Assembly (NCBI RefSeq): GCF_963921235.1
Contig: NC_086108.1
Location: 35,218,001 to 35,282,000, forward strand
From: Mobula hypostoma
Taxonomy: Eukaryota
DNA: 64,000 nt
Reading direction: 5' to 3'
The notes under the pieces were generated by a model. It did not search any database. It saw nothing but the letters and a program-made list of their open reading frames with translations, and was not told the origin of the DNA. Made by a program: the position numbers and the translations under genes. This document shows, in pieces, positions 52,075 to 64,000 of the stretch (position 1 is the first letter of the stretch; each line of letters begins with the position of its first letter).

Positions 52075-52267
52075 TGAAAGCAAAATACTGTAGATGCTGG
52101 AAATCTGAAATAAAATGCTGGAAGCACTCAGAAGATCAGCCAGCTTTTGTAAAGATAGGAATAGAGTTAACATTTCAGGTTAATACAATGTCAACTTTAT
52201 CTATCTATGCAAAATGCTGCCTGACTTGCTGATATATTCCCATCATTTTGTTTTTGCTCTATTTCAG
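52075..52267. mobile_element. Old PLE tail fold-back
   Basis: GATGCTGGAAATCT..AAAATGCTGGA followed by the inverted TGCTGCCTGACTTGCTGA..CATTTTG. Confidence 0.6.
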
Positions 52268-53919
52268 TTTATTTGGACATTAGGTGGCTTGGAGACAATC
52301 CTGAAGTATATAATTGTGATGCACTTATTCGGTAACTCTGTATGGTCTTCTTTTGAGAGAAGAGCTAAATCTCAAAGGAAATGTTTCACAAGACTGAAAA
52401 TAAAAATTGCATCTCTAAAAATAATGTTTTGTCTTTTTGTTCTATCCAGTTATATACAGTACTACCGAAGAACTTGAGGATAAGAATCTACCGTGGCTTG
52501 TTCTCAAGTATTTATAGCAGTCCCAAAGATTTTATTTTGAAAGAGTATGAATAAATAAACCTTAAAAACTCCCAAGTTACCTTTGACATCCAAGATTGGC
52601 ATATTTTTTCCCCAAAGTCAAGTTAAGCTACTAAAACTTTGAGTGGGAGGGAATTGACCACTCAGAATTGGTGTTAAATGAGTAAACAGCTTTCAGAAGT
52701 ACAAGTGCTATTTTCCAGAGAAGATCCATGGAACAGTGAAACTCTGCCTACGTTGCTTCCTTTGCTTCAGGGGGAAGGGGCAGTTGCTTAGGGCACTGGC
52801 ATCAAAACTAATAACATAATTGCTGGAGGACTAGATCCAGCTAAGCAAAACTAAAGTTTCAATTCACTCTGCCTTTCTTCTGATTTGCAGTCAGCTTATT
52901 TGATAATTGAGTACATGATGCTCTTGTGTCTTGAACAGGGGTAGAAAACCTATCATTACATGTACCCAAGATGGCATGCACAACAACTTTGTTGGGCATG
53001 TGGCATGCAGTGTCACCGGTTGATTATTTAAATCTCAGTCAGGTCTATACAGCATGGCAGCAGAGCCAATGAATTTGCCATTAGTTAGATGTGGGCCTAT
53101 ATATATATGTAGACATACATTTTTCAATCCTTGGACACGAAGTCTTTAGTTTAACAAGAAAGAGGCTTAGCCTCTCATGAATTGGGCAAGCAATTGCGTG
53201 TCTCATTGATCGATCAGAACGAAGAGTTACATTAGCCCTTGGAAGTAATGCAGAGGTACATTTTGGAGGGGGTGAGGTCCCACTTATATCAGGCACAAAC
53301 AGAGAAGGATGAGTGGATTACACAGGAAAGAAAAATGAACAGAAAGGAAAAGCAAAGTTCAGAAAATAAATTGGCCATTTTGAAATCTAAAACATTGAGC
53401 AAAACCTGAAGGATTGGGAGTTGCCGCTTTTCATTGCTGATGTTGCATGTCATAAAGATTGCCTTTCTGTGGTTAGCATTTTTTAAATGTTTTGAAAAGG
53501 ATCCGGGTATCACTAATAAGATCAGCAGTTATGGTCTCTTCCAAGTTGTCACTGAGAAGCTGGAGGCGAGGCACATTCTTGAATTGCTGCAATCATTCTG
53601 GTGAAAACCTGCTTCAAATTATACCCACAGATGAAGAAGGACCGAAAATACACTCTGAAAGTGGTTGGGAAGAGAACCTGCAGCAAGTGGCATCCAATAT
53701 CCTTTTAGCTGGTAAGAGGCAAAGGTTTTGTAAAATCTCTCGGCCTTCCACTCTTATCACATATCTTTCTGTTTCCTATGTCCACTCTGTTCTCTTTTCC
53801 ATCAGTTTAAGACTTGTCTTATCTATATAGTCCGTGAGACAGGACCCCAAATTTGGGCCACCGGTACCATCTGGGGGGCATAATTCTTACAGTGATTTTT
53901 GGCAAAGAATACACCCCTC

Positions 53920-54545
53920 ATGCTAGAAAATATGTGATAGCATTGCAGTGGTAGTAGCTTGCATGGTAACCTCCATGCTGTAAGAACCATGACCCCATGG
54001 TGCTTTGCCTATGATAAGATGAATTATGCCAAGCACTTGTCCCCTTACTTTGCTCAGATCATCAACCTCCCAGAGAAGAATCCTTCTGTGTATGAGGCCT
54101 TCGAGACAAGCCAATTCTCAGTGCAGCTGTCAAGTAACAACCCCTTTGGGCAGATCCCTGTGAACCAGGCTATTGAAGCCACACAGACTCCTGGAGGCAC
54201 ACCACGGTTCAGCCTGAATGCTGGAGCTATCAAGCGTTACTACATAAAAGCTGAGACAGTTCTGAGACAGTTAAGGGAGATGGTGCAAGGCAACAAATCA
54301 GAGCTTCGTCATGCGGAGCTACAGCGGCCAAGAATCCAGAAAGATGAGGAAGCAGTTTCAGCAGTGGTTAGCCTCATACATGAATGGGTCAACCCATTTG
54401 CAGAGAAGCGGGACCTCATCAGCACCTCTACGGCAAAGGCAGCCCCAAGGACATTGCCTCCGACCTGATGAAGGCATATGAGGTTGGTGAGCAATGCTAT
54501 GCAACCTTCAAGGATGAAAGACGAGAGGAAGACCCACTAGCTTTT
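53920..54545 (+). pseudogene. Frameshifted internal fragment of a large DDE DNA transposase (possibly CMC/Transib-related; family uncertain)
   Basis: LHAVRTMTPWCFAYDKMNYAKHL..LPEKNPSVYEAF..FSVQLSSNNPFGQIPVNQAIE..TPGG..WVNPF, continuing in ORF 54384-54593 (DIASDLMKAYEVGEQCYATFKDER). Confidence 0.65.
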
Positions 54546-55399
54546 CCCTATTCAGTTGAAACTTTGACCGTTTCAACAAAAACTGTTCATTGAAATAGCC
54601 CATAAGATCTTTTTTTTAATCAAGCATTAAAATTTTCAATAACTCCTGAACAGCTGCAGTAAAACACACATTAGTAGCTCGCTTGAAATCACAATGAAAT
54701 TGCACATAGAAGAAAATGAACACCATTAGCCACTGGGGTAGCAAAATCTGGACAAGGCTTTGGTCTAGCTAAGCAAAGGGAGTTTTGCACCCAGCACCAA
54801 TGCATTCAAGGTAGAATAGATATTGTTCATGTTGTTGAGTCTTAGAGTTGTTTGTTCCTGACACCCAGTACAGAAGATGGAGAAGTGTTTAATTTTCATT
54901 TTAGTTACCCATGCTCTTAAAATGCACAGTGTATGCCCAAGCAAGCAAGAAAGCAAATAAAAATTGCTGATTTGAATGTGGAGCATGAGATTAAGGAACA
55001 TTTCATTCCCTCAGAGGTCTTGGGAAAGTCATGCCATGAGGAGTCATTGGCATGTCGTTAAGGGAATGTCAGATGAAAGTCTGAGATGGAATAATGTGCA
55101 AAGCTCTAGGAGAGAATGGCGATCAACAAATTAGTTTTGGAGCACTCCAGTGAAGAGCTGATGCTGATGCAGTATGACTTACTCTGTGACCAGCCAGCAT
55201 TACAGCCACTGGGAGAGCAGGGTTTGGAGAGGCAAGCGCTAACAAATACAGTTGTAACTAATAGTAGTTGTACTGCATGAACACTGACCCAGAAAGACTG
55301 GTGTCCAGAAGATAATATAGAGATACAGTCACTTCTACATTCAACCTGCATCTAGTGTCTAATCCCAAAAGTGCGATGTTTTAAAATGATACTTTTCCA

Positions 55400-55730
55400 A
55401 TTGGCATTATCCTGAAGGGTCTTGACAGAGTGGCAGATGTGGAGAGAATGTCAATGGAGAACCTAGAACAAGGGGTCATTGTTAAGAAACAAGAGATCAA
55501 CGATTTATGTAAGTAATGGGCGAAATTATTTCCCTCAGAGGACTGTAAGCTTTTGATGGTGGTAATAGAGTCTTTGTATAATTTGAAGATAGAGTTGGAT
55601 AGGTCTTTGAAGAAAAAAAGTAGGTAAAAATAAGTAGGACTAGGCAGGAATGCAGAATCAAAGTTATAATAACATCAGCCATGATCTTATTGAATGGCTG
55701 AGCAGGTTCAAGGATGGAGTGATCTGGTTC
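55400..55730 (+). mobile_element. Old CR1 3' end (resumes at 56319-56350)
   Basis: GGGTCTTGACAG, AGAACAAGGGGTCAT, TCAGCCATGATCTTATTGAATGG. Confidence 0.75.
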
Positions 55731-56318
55731 TGTAAGGGTCACTAGTGAACTCAAGTACAGGAATCACAGAGTCTTCGGCAATTCATCAAAGCTAAATCTT
55801 CACTGTATTACAAAAATTAACTAGAAAAACCAACAAGAACTCAAGCAAACCATACAGAATCTTGAAGAACTGAAATTATTTATGATACCCAGAAGAACTC
55901 GGTCTGAGTTTCACTGATGAGGAACCACAATGACCGAGCAAAGAGGGGTGGGCATATCCCCCTGAAATACACCCCTAGAGAACATAGGAATTCAGGCCCA
56001 ATCAGAAAACATAGGTGTCCAGACAAAGCAAAAATCCCCAAAGCCAACAACTACAGTACAAGATCCTGAAAATACCATACTAATTATCTTATCCCAAATT
56101 AAATAGAGGTGATAAATGCAAAGAGAGTTTAACAATCCCCATGATCCAAAGGAGACACCTGCAAAACAAAGTGAAAAATCAGAGCTAGGCCGAAGATCAA
56201 CAATTAGACATATAAAGTAAACAATTCAAGGAATAACACAGTCCCACAAGGTGAACCTGAGCACATACTAACTGGAAAAATAATCTCTCTTTTCAAAAAA
56301 TGACTCCTGGTTGTGACG
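55731..56318. mobile_element. Probable solo LTR
   Basis: Starts TGTAAG, ends TGTGACG (CA mutated to CG); 5-bp TSD GGTTC (55726-55730, 56319-56323); interrupts a CR1 3'UTR. Confidence 0.7.
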
Positions 56319-56514
56319 GGTTCTGATCCTAATTAACATGCTTTATATCTCAGTACTGCTCTCCTTTGGAGTATGGATCTTTGTTCATTCATCTATAACA
56401 TTGTAGCATAATGCAGTATAAAACTCATCACATTAAACACGTCTCTAAATTATCATTCAACTTTGAATAAACCCCCATTTTGAATAATTAACTGCTGGCA
56501 TGAACATATTCTGC

Positions 56515-56620
56515 CAGCTCTGAAATCTGAAAAAGGCTTGCCAGCCTGAAACATTAACTGTTTCTCTTTCCACAGATGCTTCCTGTCTTGCTGAACTTTT
56601 CCAGCATTTTCTGATTTTTA
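56515..56620 (+). mobile_element. PLE tail with degenerate hammerhead
   Basis: CTGAAAAAGGCTTGCCAGCCTGAAACATT..CAGATGCT..GCTGA..TCCAGCATTTT. Confidence 0.55.
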
Positions 56621-57299
56621 AACCACCTTCTGCCACTTGTCCTGTGTACTGTAGTAGGAAACGTGTGGGACAATATATTAATTACACTGGCTTTGTAATG
56701 TGGAATATGTACATTTTGAAAGCTGTTTCTCTGAAGTACTTAGAGGATGATCAAGGGTATTCTCAATGGAACTGACATGAGACCCTCGAGACAAAATTTA
56801 AATTGATTGTGTGTGAAGGAGCATGAATTGCAGGAGATGGATTTTTCCCCATCTTTGCTTTGCTGCATTCTGTGGAGGTTGAAGTCTTCATCTACTGTCA
56901 GAAAAGAAATGCAGAAGTATCATGGGTCACTGTGCAATTTCTCCTACCACCATAATGGATTGCTTGCTATTGAAGCCTATGCTCCTGAGTGCATTTCCAC
57001 CCATGGAATTACTCAAAGATTGACTTAAGGGGAGACATTCAAACAGTAACGTTTACTGTTAATGCATCAAGAAAAAAACAATCTACCAGCCTGCACTGAT
57101 CATTCAGAAATGATTTTATTTTTCCATGTGTACATTTATAATTTATTATTTACTTGTATATGTACAAAGTACAAGTAGGGAATAAAATACTCCACGTTTA
57201 TTTGTTGTTTATTCTTTATAATTGTTGAATGTTGTTTTGTGTTGCATCTTGTGTCATCACACCACAGCAAATTCCTATCACAGGTAAATGTATATGGTG

Positions 57300-58115
57300 G
57301 ATCTTCCGGTTAAATGGTGGTGCGTTCGGATGCAGCGGCCTCTCCGGGGTCAACCAAAGATGTTTTCTTTTATTTGTGAAATACGTTTTTTTAAGACCGC
57401 AAGACTATACTGGACTCCAAGAACTTCGGATACAGCGGATATTCCACATCAGTGGGCTGCTCGTTGATGGGAGTAGCCAGCCGGGGTGTCAAAGGAGCTG
57501 ACTGGCATGTCGGAGGAGTAGCTGGATCGGGTTCGGATGAGCTGTCTGCTACTCAAAGGCATCAGAGTTGGCGCACGAAGGTTGTGTGCAGTGTAACCGT
57601 GGGTGATTGTCTCGGATGGTCCCCTTGCGACCGCAAGACCCTGTTAGACCTTGATAATGTAAGATGCTCCAGGCCTGGTTCCCTTGTTCGGTGGTGAGAC
57701 AGGTGGTGTGGGAGCTGCGTAGCTTCAGTTATAGTGAGGAGGAGGCCTCAAGCCATGGGCTTGCCTACTGCTGCAGTCCAGGTGAGGCGATGCCAGAGGT
57801 GGTGCAGCATGGCATCTGTGCTCAGTTGGGTGCTGACCTGTCCTATCAGTGCTGCCCGCCAGTGTTTGATAGGTGGAATGACAGGCTGAATTGCATGTGT
57901 CTGTGGACTGACTGGAGACTGTACCATCAATTTACGGGACATGTCATTTAGGGTCTTGGACCATACATGTGTTTATTTTTTGCCTAACTATGTTTTTTTC
58001 TCTGCTTGCCATTTTGAAGTTGCTGCATATGTTTTGCACCTTGGCCCCTGACGAACATTGTTTCAACATCCATGTATGGTTGAATGATAATTAAACTTGA
58101 TTTGATTTGATTTGA
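57300..58115 (+). mobile_element. Non-coding LINE-dependent element with (TTTGA)n tail, inserted in an older LINE tail
   Basis: Starts CTTCCGGTTAAATGGTGG, CpG-rich body, ends AATTAAACTTGATTTGATTTGATTTGA. Confidence 0.55.
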
Positions 58116-59689
58116 ATGAAGTTGATCCTTGATGTAGACTGAAAATTTTTAGTGGCCTTACTTCAATTTAAAAAAATCCCAGAGATTTGTTTAATTGCTG
58201 CAAAGATAAAGCAGGCAGTGCACTTTGCACTACAAAGAAATAGTATTTTTTTGTTCTAATTGTGTTTTGTCTTGTAAAAACTGTGTATAATGTATGTTTT
58301 CTTGTGAATGCTACTTATATGATGCTGTGATGCTGCTGCGAGTCGATTTTCCATTGCACCTGTGCATCTGTACTTTGCCTTTGACTTTATTCCCTTTACA
58401 GTCGGAAATCTACCCTTCTTTCTTGATCCGGAAACCCTTCATTAACATAATTTAACCTAATTCTCCTCTCAAGCCTCAGGAATGAGAAATAAGTGCTAAC
58501 TTTAGCACTATTGCAAGAATGAGTTAATTGCTTTGAATGTCCTGAAACGCCATTGCTACCAGCATACAGGGGTGCGATTAGTTGAGAAGCACTCACAGTA
58601 ATCATTGTGCATGTATCTCTGTAAATGAGGCTTTTATGAAATACAATTGAGAAGCACATTTTAAGCTGCAAGATCTAATATAGGAGGACATCTTATATGC
58701 AATGGTTTATAATGCTTCTACGGTTGGTCCTTTTCCTTTGTGATTTGAGTGGAAAATTTTGCTGTAATTCTGGCTAACAGATGTGTCAAGATCTGAAAAT
58801 AGTGTTGCTCACTTTGCATGGGTCACTGCTAGTCATATTGAAACTCCACCAGTGTAGTTCCAATCCAACAACATTTACATTTCTGCACTGCTGTTACGCA
58901 GCACCTTTACCGAATGAACAAAGGGAGATATCCCCATACTTAAATAAAATATAATGAAGGGGCACATGGCTTTATAAGAAATGAATTCCTGTAGAAAAAA
59001 TATATCCCCACGGAATGATGAGAGAGGAGTTTAGCCTGTGTTACAATAGTCGTATTAATATGATTTTATACATTTGGACTCCCCCTCCAGCATGACCAAC
59101 ACGCTCCAAATGCTTCTTTCAGTTTGCTACGTCATATTAGGCCCAGGCCATGGGCAGATTGATTGGTTGAATTGAGCAGTTCTGTTCTTCTCGAATCTGT
59201 ACTGTGGTTGCAGCGACCTCTCATTGACAACAGGGAACTGTGGTTAGACTGGAATCGGCCCAACTTGGATTCCTACATGACTCAGGAAATGGGCCGAACG
59301 TGACACGAGACTGCATTTGATAGGGCTTCACTACTCCCACCATTCCTTCTGGGAGTTTTGTCAATCCTGTTGGAAGAGACTGATTCAAGAAGTTAACGTC
59401 AAATCTGTCATAAGCAATCTTGGAAATTCAAGCCCAGCTAAATATTAGTGCATCTCTCAAATGTTCGGATTTTTGCATAACTTCGGTCAATCCCATTGTG
59501 ACAGTGCTGAAATCAGAGTGAGCTGTCTGGAAATTGCAAAGTTTGAAATTATTGCCTGAGCTCTTACGTTTTAATCCTCGTTGTCCCATTGTTCTGTAAG
59601 ATCTAACGTACACAAGAAAATAGGACATCTGTTGTTTTGAAGTAGCAGCATTACTTTAATTACAAAATAAATAAGTAACGGAAAAGATG

Positions 59690-61895
59690 AACATAGAACA
59701 TAAATAATACAGCACAGTACAGGCCCTTCGGCCCACAATGTTGTGCCAATCCTTAAACCCTGCCTCCCATAGAACCCCCCACCTTAAATTCCTCCATATA
59801 CCTGTCTACTAGTCTCTTAAATTTCACTAGTGTATCAGTCTCCACTACTGACTCAGACAGTGCATTCCACTCACCAACCACTCTCTGAGGGAAAAACCTT
59901 CCTCTAATACCCCCCTTGAACTTTCCACCACTTACCTTAAAGCCATGTCCTCATGTATTGAGCAGTGGTGCCCTGAGGAAGAGGCGCTGGCTGTCCACTC
60001 TATCTATTCTTCTTAATATCTTGTATACCTCTATCATGTCTCCTCTCATCCTTCTTCTCTCCAAAGAGTAAAGCCCTAGCTCCCTTAATCTCTGGCCATA
60101 ATGTGTACTCTCTAAACCAGGCAGCATCCTGGTAAATCTCCTCTGTACCCTTTCCAATGCTTCCACATCCTTTCTATAGTGAGGCAACCAGAACTGGACA
60201 CAATACACCAAGTGTGGCCTACCCAGATTTTTATAGAGCTACATCATTACCTTGCGAATCTTAATCTCTATCCCTTGACTTATGAAAGCTAACACCCCAT
60301 AAGCTTTCTTAATTACCCTATCTACCTGTGAGGCGACTTTCAGGGATCTGTGGACATGTATCCCCAGATCCCTCTGCTCCTCCACACTACCAATTATCCT
60401 GTCATTTACTTTGTACTCTGCCTTGGAGTTTGTCCTTCCAAAGTGTAACACCTCACACTTCTCCGGGTTGAACTCCATCTGCCACTTCTCAGCCCACTTC
60501 TGCAACCTATCAATGTCTCTCTGCAAGCTTCGATAATCCTCTACACTATCCACAACACCACTAACCTTTGTGTCGTCTGCAAACTTGCCAACCCACTCTT
60601 CTACACCCGCATCCAGGTCGTTAATAAAAATCACGAAAAGTAGAGTTCCCAGAACCGATCCTTGTGGGACACCACTGGTCACAATCCTCCAATCCGAATG
60701 TGCTTCCTCCACCACGACCCTCTGCTTTCTGCAGGCAAGCCAATTCTGAATCCACCTGGCCAAACTTCCCTGGATCCCATGCCTTCTGACTTTCTGAATA
60801 AGCCTACCATGTGGAACCTTGTCAAATGCCTTACTAAACTCCATGTAGATCACATCCACTGCACTACCCTCATCTATATGCCTGGTCACTTCCTCAAAGA
60901 ACTCTATCAAGCTTGTTGGACATGATCTGCCCTTCACAAAGCCATGCTGACTGTCCCTGATCAGACCATGATTCTCTAAATGCCCATAGATCCTATCTCT
61001 AAGAATCTTTTCCAACAGCTTTCTCACCACAGACGTAAGGCTCACTGGTCTATAATTACCTGGACTATCCCTACTACCTTTTCTGAACAAGGGGACAACA
61101 TTCGCCTCCCTCCAATCCTCTGGTACCATTCCCGTGGACAACGAGGACATAAAGATCCTAGCCAGAGGCTCAGCAATCTCTTCCCTCGCCTCGTGGAGCA
61201 GCCTGAGGAATATTCCGTCAGGCCCCGGGGACTTACCCGTTCTAATGTATTTTAACAACTCCCACACCTCCTCTCCCTTAATATCAACATGTTCCAGTAC
61301 ATCAGCCTCACTCATATGGTCCTCACTGTCATCAAGTTCCCTCTCATTGGTGAATACCGAAGAGAAGTATTCATTGAGGACCTCGCTCACTTCCACAGCC
61401 TCCAGGCACATCTTCCCACCTTTATCTCTAATCGGTCCTACCTTCACTCCTGTCATCCTTCTGTTTTTCACATAATTGAAGAATGCCTTGTGGTTTTCCT
61501 TTACCCTACTCGCCAAGGCCTTCTCATGCCCCCTTCTTGCTTTTCTCAGCCCCTTCTTAAGCTCCTTTCTTGCTACCCTATGTTCCTCAATAGACCCATC
61601 TGATCCTTGCTTCCTAAACCTCATATATGCTGCCTTCTTCCACCTGACTGGATTTTCCACCTCACTGGTCACCCATGGTTCCTTCACCCTATCATTCTTT
61701 ATCTTCCTCACTGGGACAAATTTATCCCTAACATCCTGCAAAAGATCCCTAAACATTGACCACATGTCCATAGTACATTTCCCTGCAAAAACATCATCCC
61801 ATTTCACACCCGCAAGTTCTAGCCTTATAGCCGCATAATTTGCCCTTCCCCAATTAAAAATTTTCCTGTCCTCTCTGATTCTATCCTTTTCCATG
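59690..61895 (-). mobile_element. 5'-truncated CR1 with an open 551-aa RT segment (60239-61894)
   Basis: KSPGPDG, NYRPVSLTS, FSKAFDKVPH, GVPQGSVLG, KFADDTK; C-terminal ORF 59951-60211; TATGTTC tail. Confidence 0.95.
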
Positions 61896-62084
61896 AATAC
61901 TGGCAGAACATTGCAGTAATGCCTATAGGCAGACTGTGCCTACATCAACAGAGCACGAAGCAGGAATTGGCTGAAAGGTTCTTTCCTCTTTCCCTATTTA
62001 GGCAAACCAAACCTCAGCAGTTTCAGGACTAAGGTTGTGGGTGGTTAGAAACAGAATGTGACCCTCAGCTATGTGGAGTACTTT

Positions 62085-63341
62085 GCCATGTATTCAACCT
62101 GAGCCTGAGGCTCCGGAGGGTTCCTGTACTATGGAAGACATCCTGCCTCGTCCCTGTGCCGAAGACGCCGCACCCCAGTGGCCTCAATGACTACAGACCG
62201 GTGGCATTGACCTCTCACATCATGAAGACCTTGGAGAGACTTGTTCTGAAGCTGCTCGGGCCTATGGTCAGGCCACACTTAGATCCCCTCCATTTCGCCT
62301 ACCAGCCCCAACTAGGAGTTGAGGATGCCATCGTCTACCTCCTGAACCGATTCTATGCCCACCTGGACAAACCAGCGAGCACTGTGAGGGTCATGTTTTT
62401 TGACTTCTCCAGTGCATTCAACACCATCCACCTTGCTCTGCTGGGGGAGAAGCTGACAGCGATGCAGGTGGATGCTTCCCTGGTGTCATGGATTCTTGAT
62501 TACCTGACTGGCAGACCACAGCACATGTGCTTGCAACACTGTGTGTCCAACAGAGTGATCAGCAGCACTGGAGCTCCACAGGGGACTGTCTTGTCTCCCT
62601 TTCTCTTCACATTTACACCTCGGACTTCAACTACTGCACAGAGTCTTGTCATCTTCAGAAGTTTTCTGATGACTCTGCCATAGTTGGATGCATCAGCAAG
62701 GGAGATGAGCCTGAGTACAGGGCGACGGTAGGAAACGTTGTCACATGGTGTGAGCAGAATTATCTGCAGCTTAATGTAAAAAAGACTAAGGAGCTAGTGG
62801 TAGACCTGAGGAGAGCTAAGGTACCGGTGACCCCTGTTTCCATCCAGGGGGTCAGTGTGGACATGGTGGAGGATTACAAATACCTGGGGATACGAATTGA
62901 CAATGAACTGGACTGGTCAAAGAACACTGAGGCTGTCTACAAGAAGGGTCAGAGCCGTCTCTATTTCCTGAGGAGACTGAGGTCCTTTAACATCTGCCGG
63001 ACGATGCTGAGGATGTTCAATGAGTCTGTGGTGGCCAGTGCTATCATGTTTGCTGTTGTGTGCTGGGGCAGCAGGCTGAGGGTAGCAGACATCAACAGAA
63101 TCAACAAACTCATTCGTAAGGCCAGTGATGTTGTGGGGATGGAACTGGACTCTCTCACGGTGGTGTCTGAAAAGAGGATGCTGTCCAAGTTGCATGCCAT
63201 CTTGGTCAATGTCTCCCATCCACTACATAATGTACTGGGTGGGCACAGAAATACATTCAGCCAGAGACTCATTCCACCGAGATGCAGCACAGAGCGTCAT
63301 AGGAAGTCATTCCTGCCTGTGGCCATCAAACTTTACAACTC
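62085..63341 (+). mobile_element. 5'-truncated Rex1/Babar LINE RT, one frameshift
   Basis: ORFs 62156-62683 (DYRPVALTS, FFDFSSAFNTI, GAPQGTVLSP) and 62527-63384 (KFSDDS, SRLYFLRRL, SFLPVAIKLYN). Confidence 0.92.
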
Positions 63342-64000
63342 CTTTGGACATATGTGCTCTATGAACCACTTTAAATTGAATTAGGGAATGTTTAGCACAA
63401 ATAGAGGAAGTATTAACTAATTGTAAAATCTGCCCCCAATCATCCACAGAAATGGTAAGCCCCAATTCCTGTTCCCAATCTACCCTAATCTTATCAAATG
63501 GAGCTTTCCTAAGTTTCATAATAATATTATAAATCATAGCCGATGCACCTTTCTGACATGGATTAAGGTTAATTATCGAATCTAAAATATATATAGGAGG
63601 AAGCATTGGAAAGGAAGAAAGTATAGTACTTAGGAAATTTCTAACTTGTAAATATCTAAAAAAATGTATTCTTGATAAGTTATATTTATTAGATAATTGT
63701 TCAAAAGACATAAGGGAACCATCTAAAAATAAATCCAAAAACCGTAAAATACCCTTAGTCTTCCAAGTTTGAAAAGCGCGATCCGTAAAAGAGGGAGGAA
63801 AAAATATGTTGCCTAAAATAGGAATCGCTAACCCGAATTGATTAAGATCAAAAAATTTTCTGAATTGAAACCAAAGATAAGTTAGCGCGTTTTTACTCGC
63901 ATATTAATCCTTTCTGTGATAGATGTTCGGGGCAGATAGCCTCTTTAACTCATATGTTTTGGTCTTGCCCTACTTTGGAAACTTTTTGGAGAGATATTTT
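63342..64000. mobile_element. L1-clade LINE ORF2 C-terminus with 5' inversion (63342-63873 minus, 63871-64000 plus)
   Basis: Minus: ..FFRYLQVRNF..WEQELG..IQFKVVHRAHMSK; plus from 63873: KDKLARFYSHINPFCDRCSGQIASLTHMFWSCPTLETFWRDIF (CCHC knuckle). Confidence 0.9.

Noticed and set aside
55905..55945. CTGATGAG as another hammerhead
   Set aside because: No helix II followed by GAAA and no flanking helix I.
1..64000. Prokaryotic systems (CRISPR array, operons, retrons)
   Set aside because: No regularly spaced repeat-spacer array or gene-dense organisation; all RTs belong to eukaryotic LINE, LTR or PLE classes.

Overview
Eukaryotic, transposon-dominated DNA with no convincing host protein-coding exon. 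The repeat content (many CR1 LINEs, Rex1/Babar and RTE LINEs, HE1-type V-SINEs, Penelope-like element (PLE) 3' ends) suggests a cartilaginous fish, probably a ray or skate; this is an inference. Almost every long ORF is a decayed retroelement. Main items: (1) a fold-back PLE insertion (693-6025, 13-bp target-site duplication, TSD) with a hammerhead-ribozyme motif in each arm and a full-length CR1 at its axis; (2) a two-LTR sushi-like chromoviral Ty3/Gypsy element (15499-19757); (3) a second, teleost-like Penelope with a GIY-YIG remnant and its own hammerhead (26075-26608), missed by the ORF track; (4) three RTE fragments that share the same Rex1 insertion point; (5) two hAT MITEs, a solo LTR and a decayed DNA transposase of uncertain family; (6) a twin-primed, 5'-inverted L1 at the right edge. 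Several TE-free islands may be regulatory, but the sequence alone cannot show this. Boundaries of old elements are approximate, and family names come from motif recognition, not database searches.
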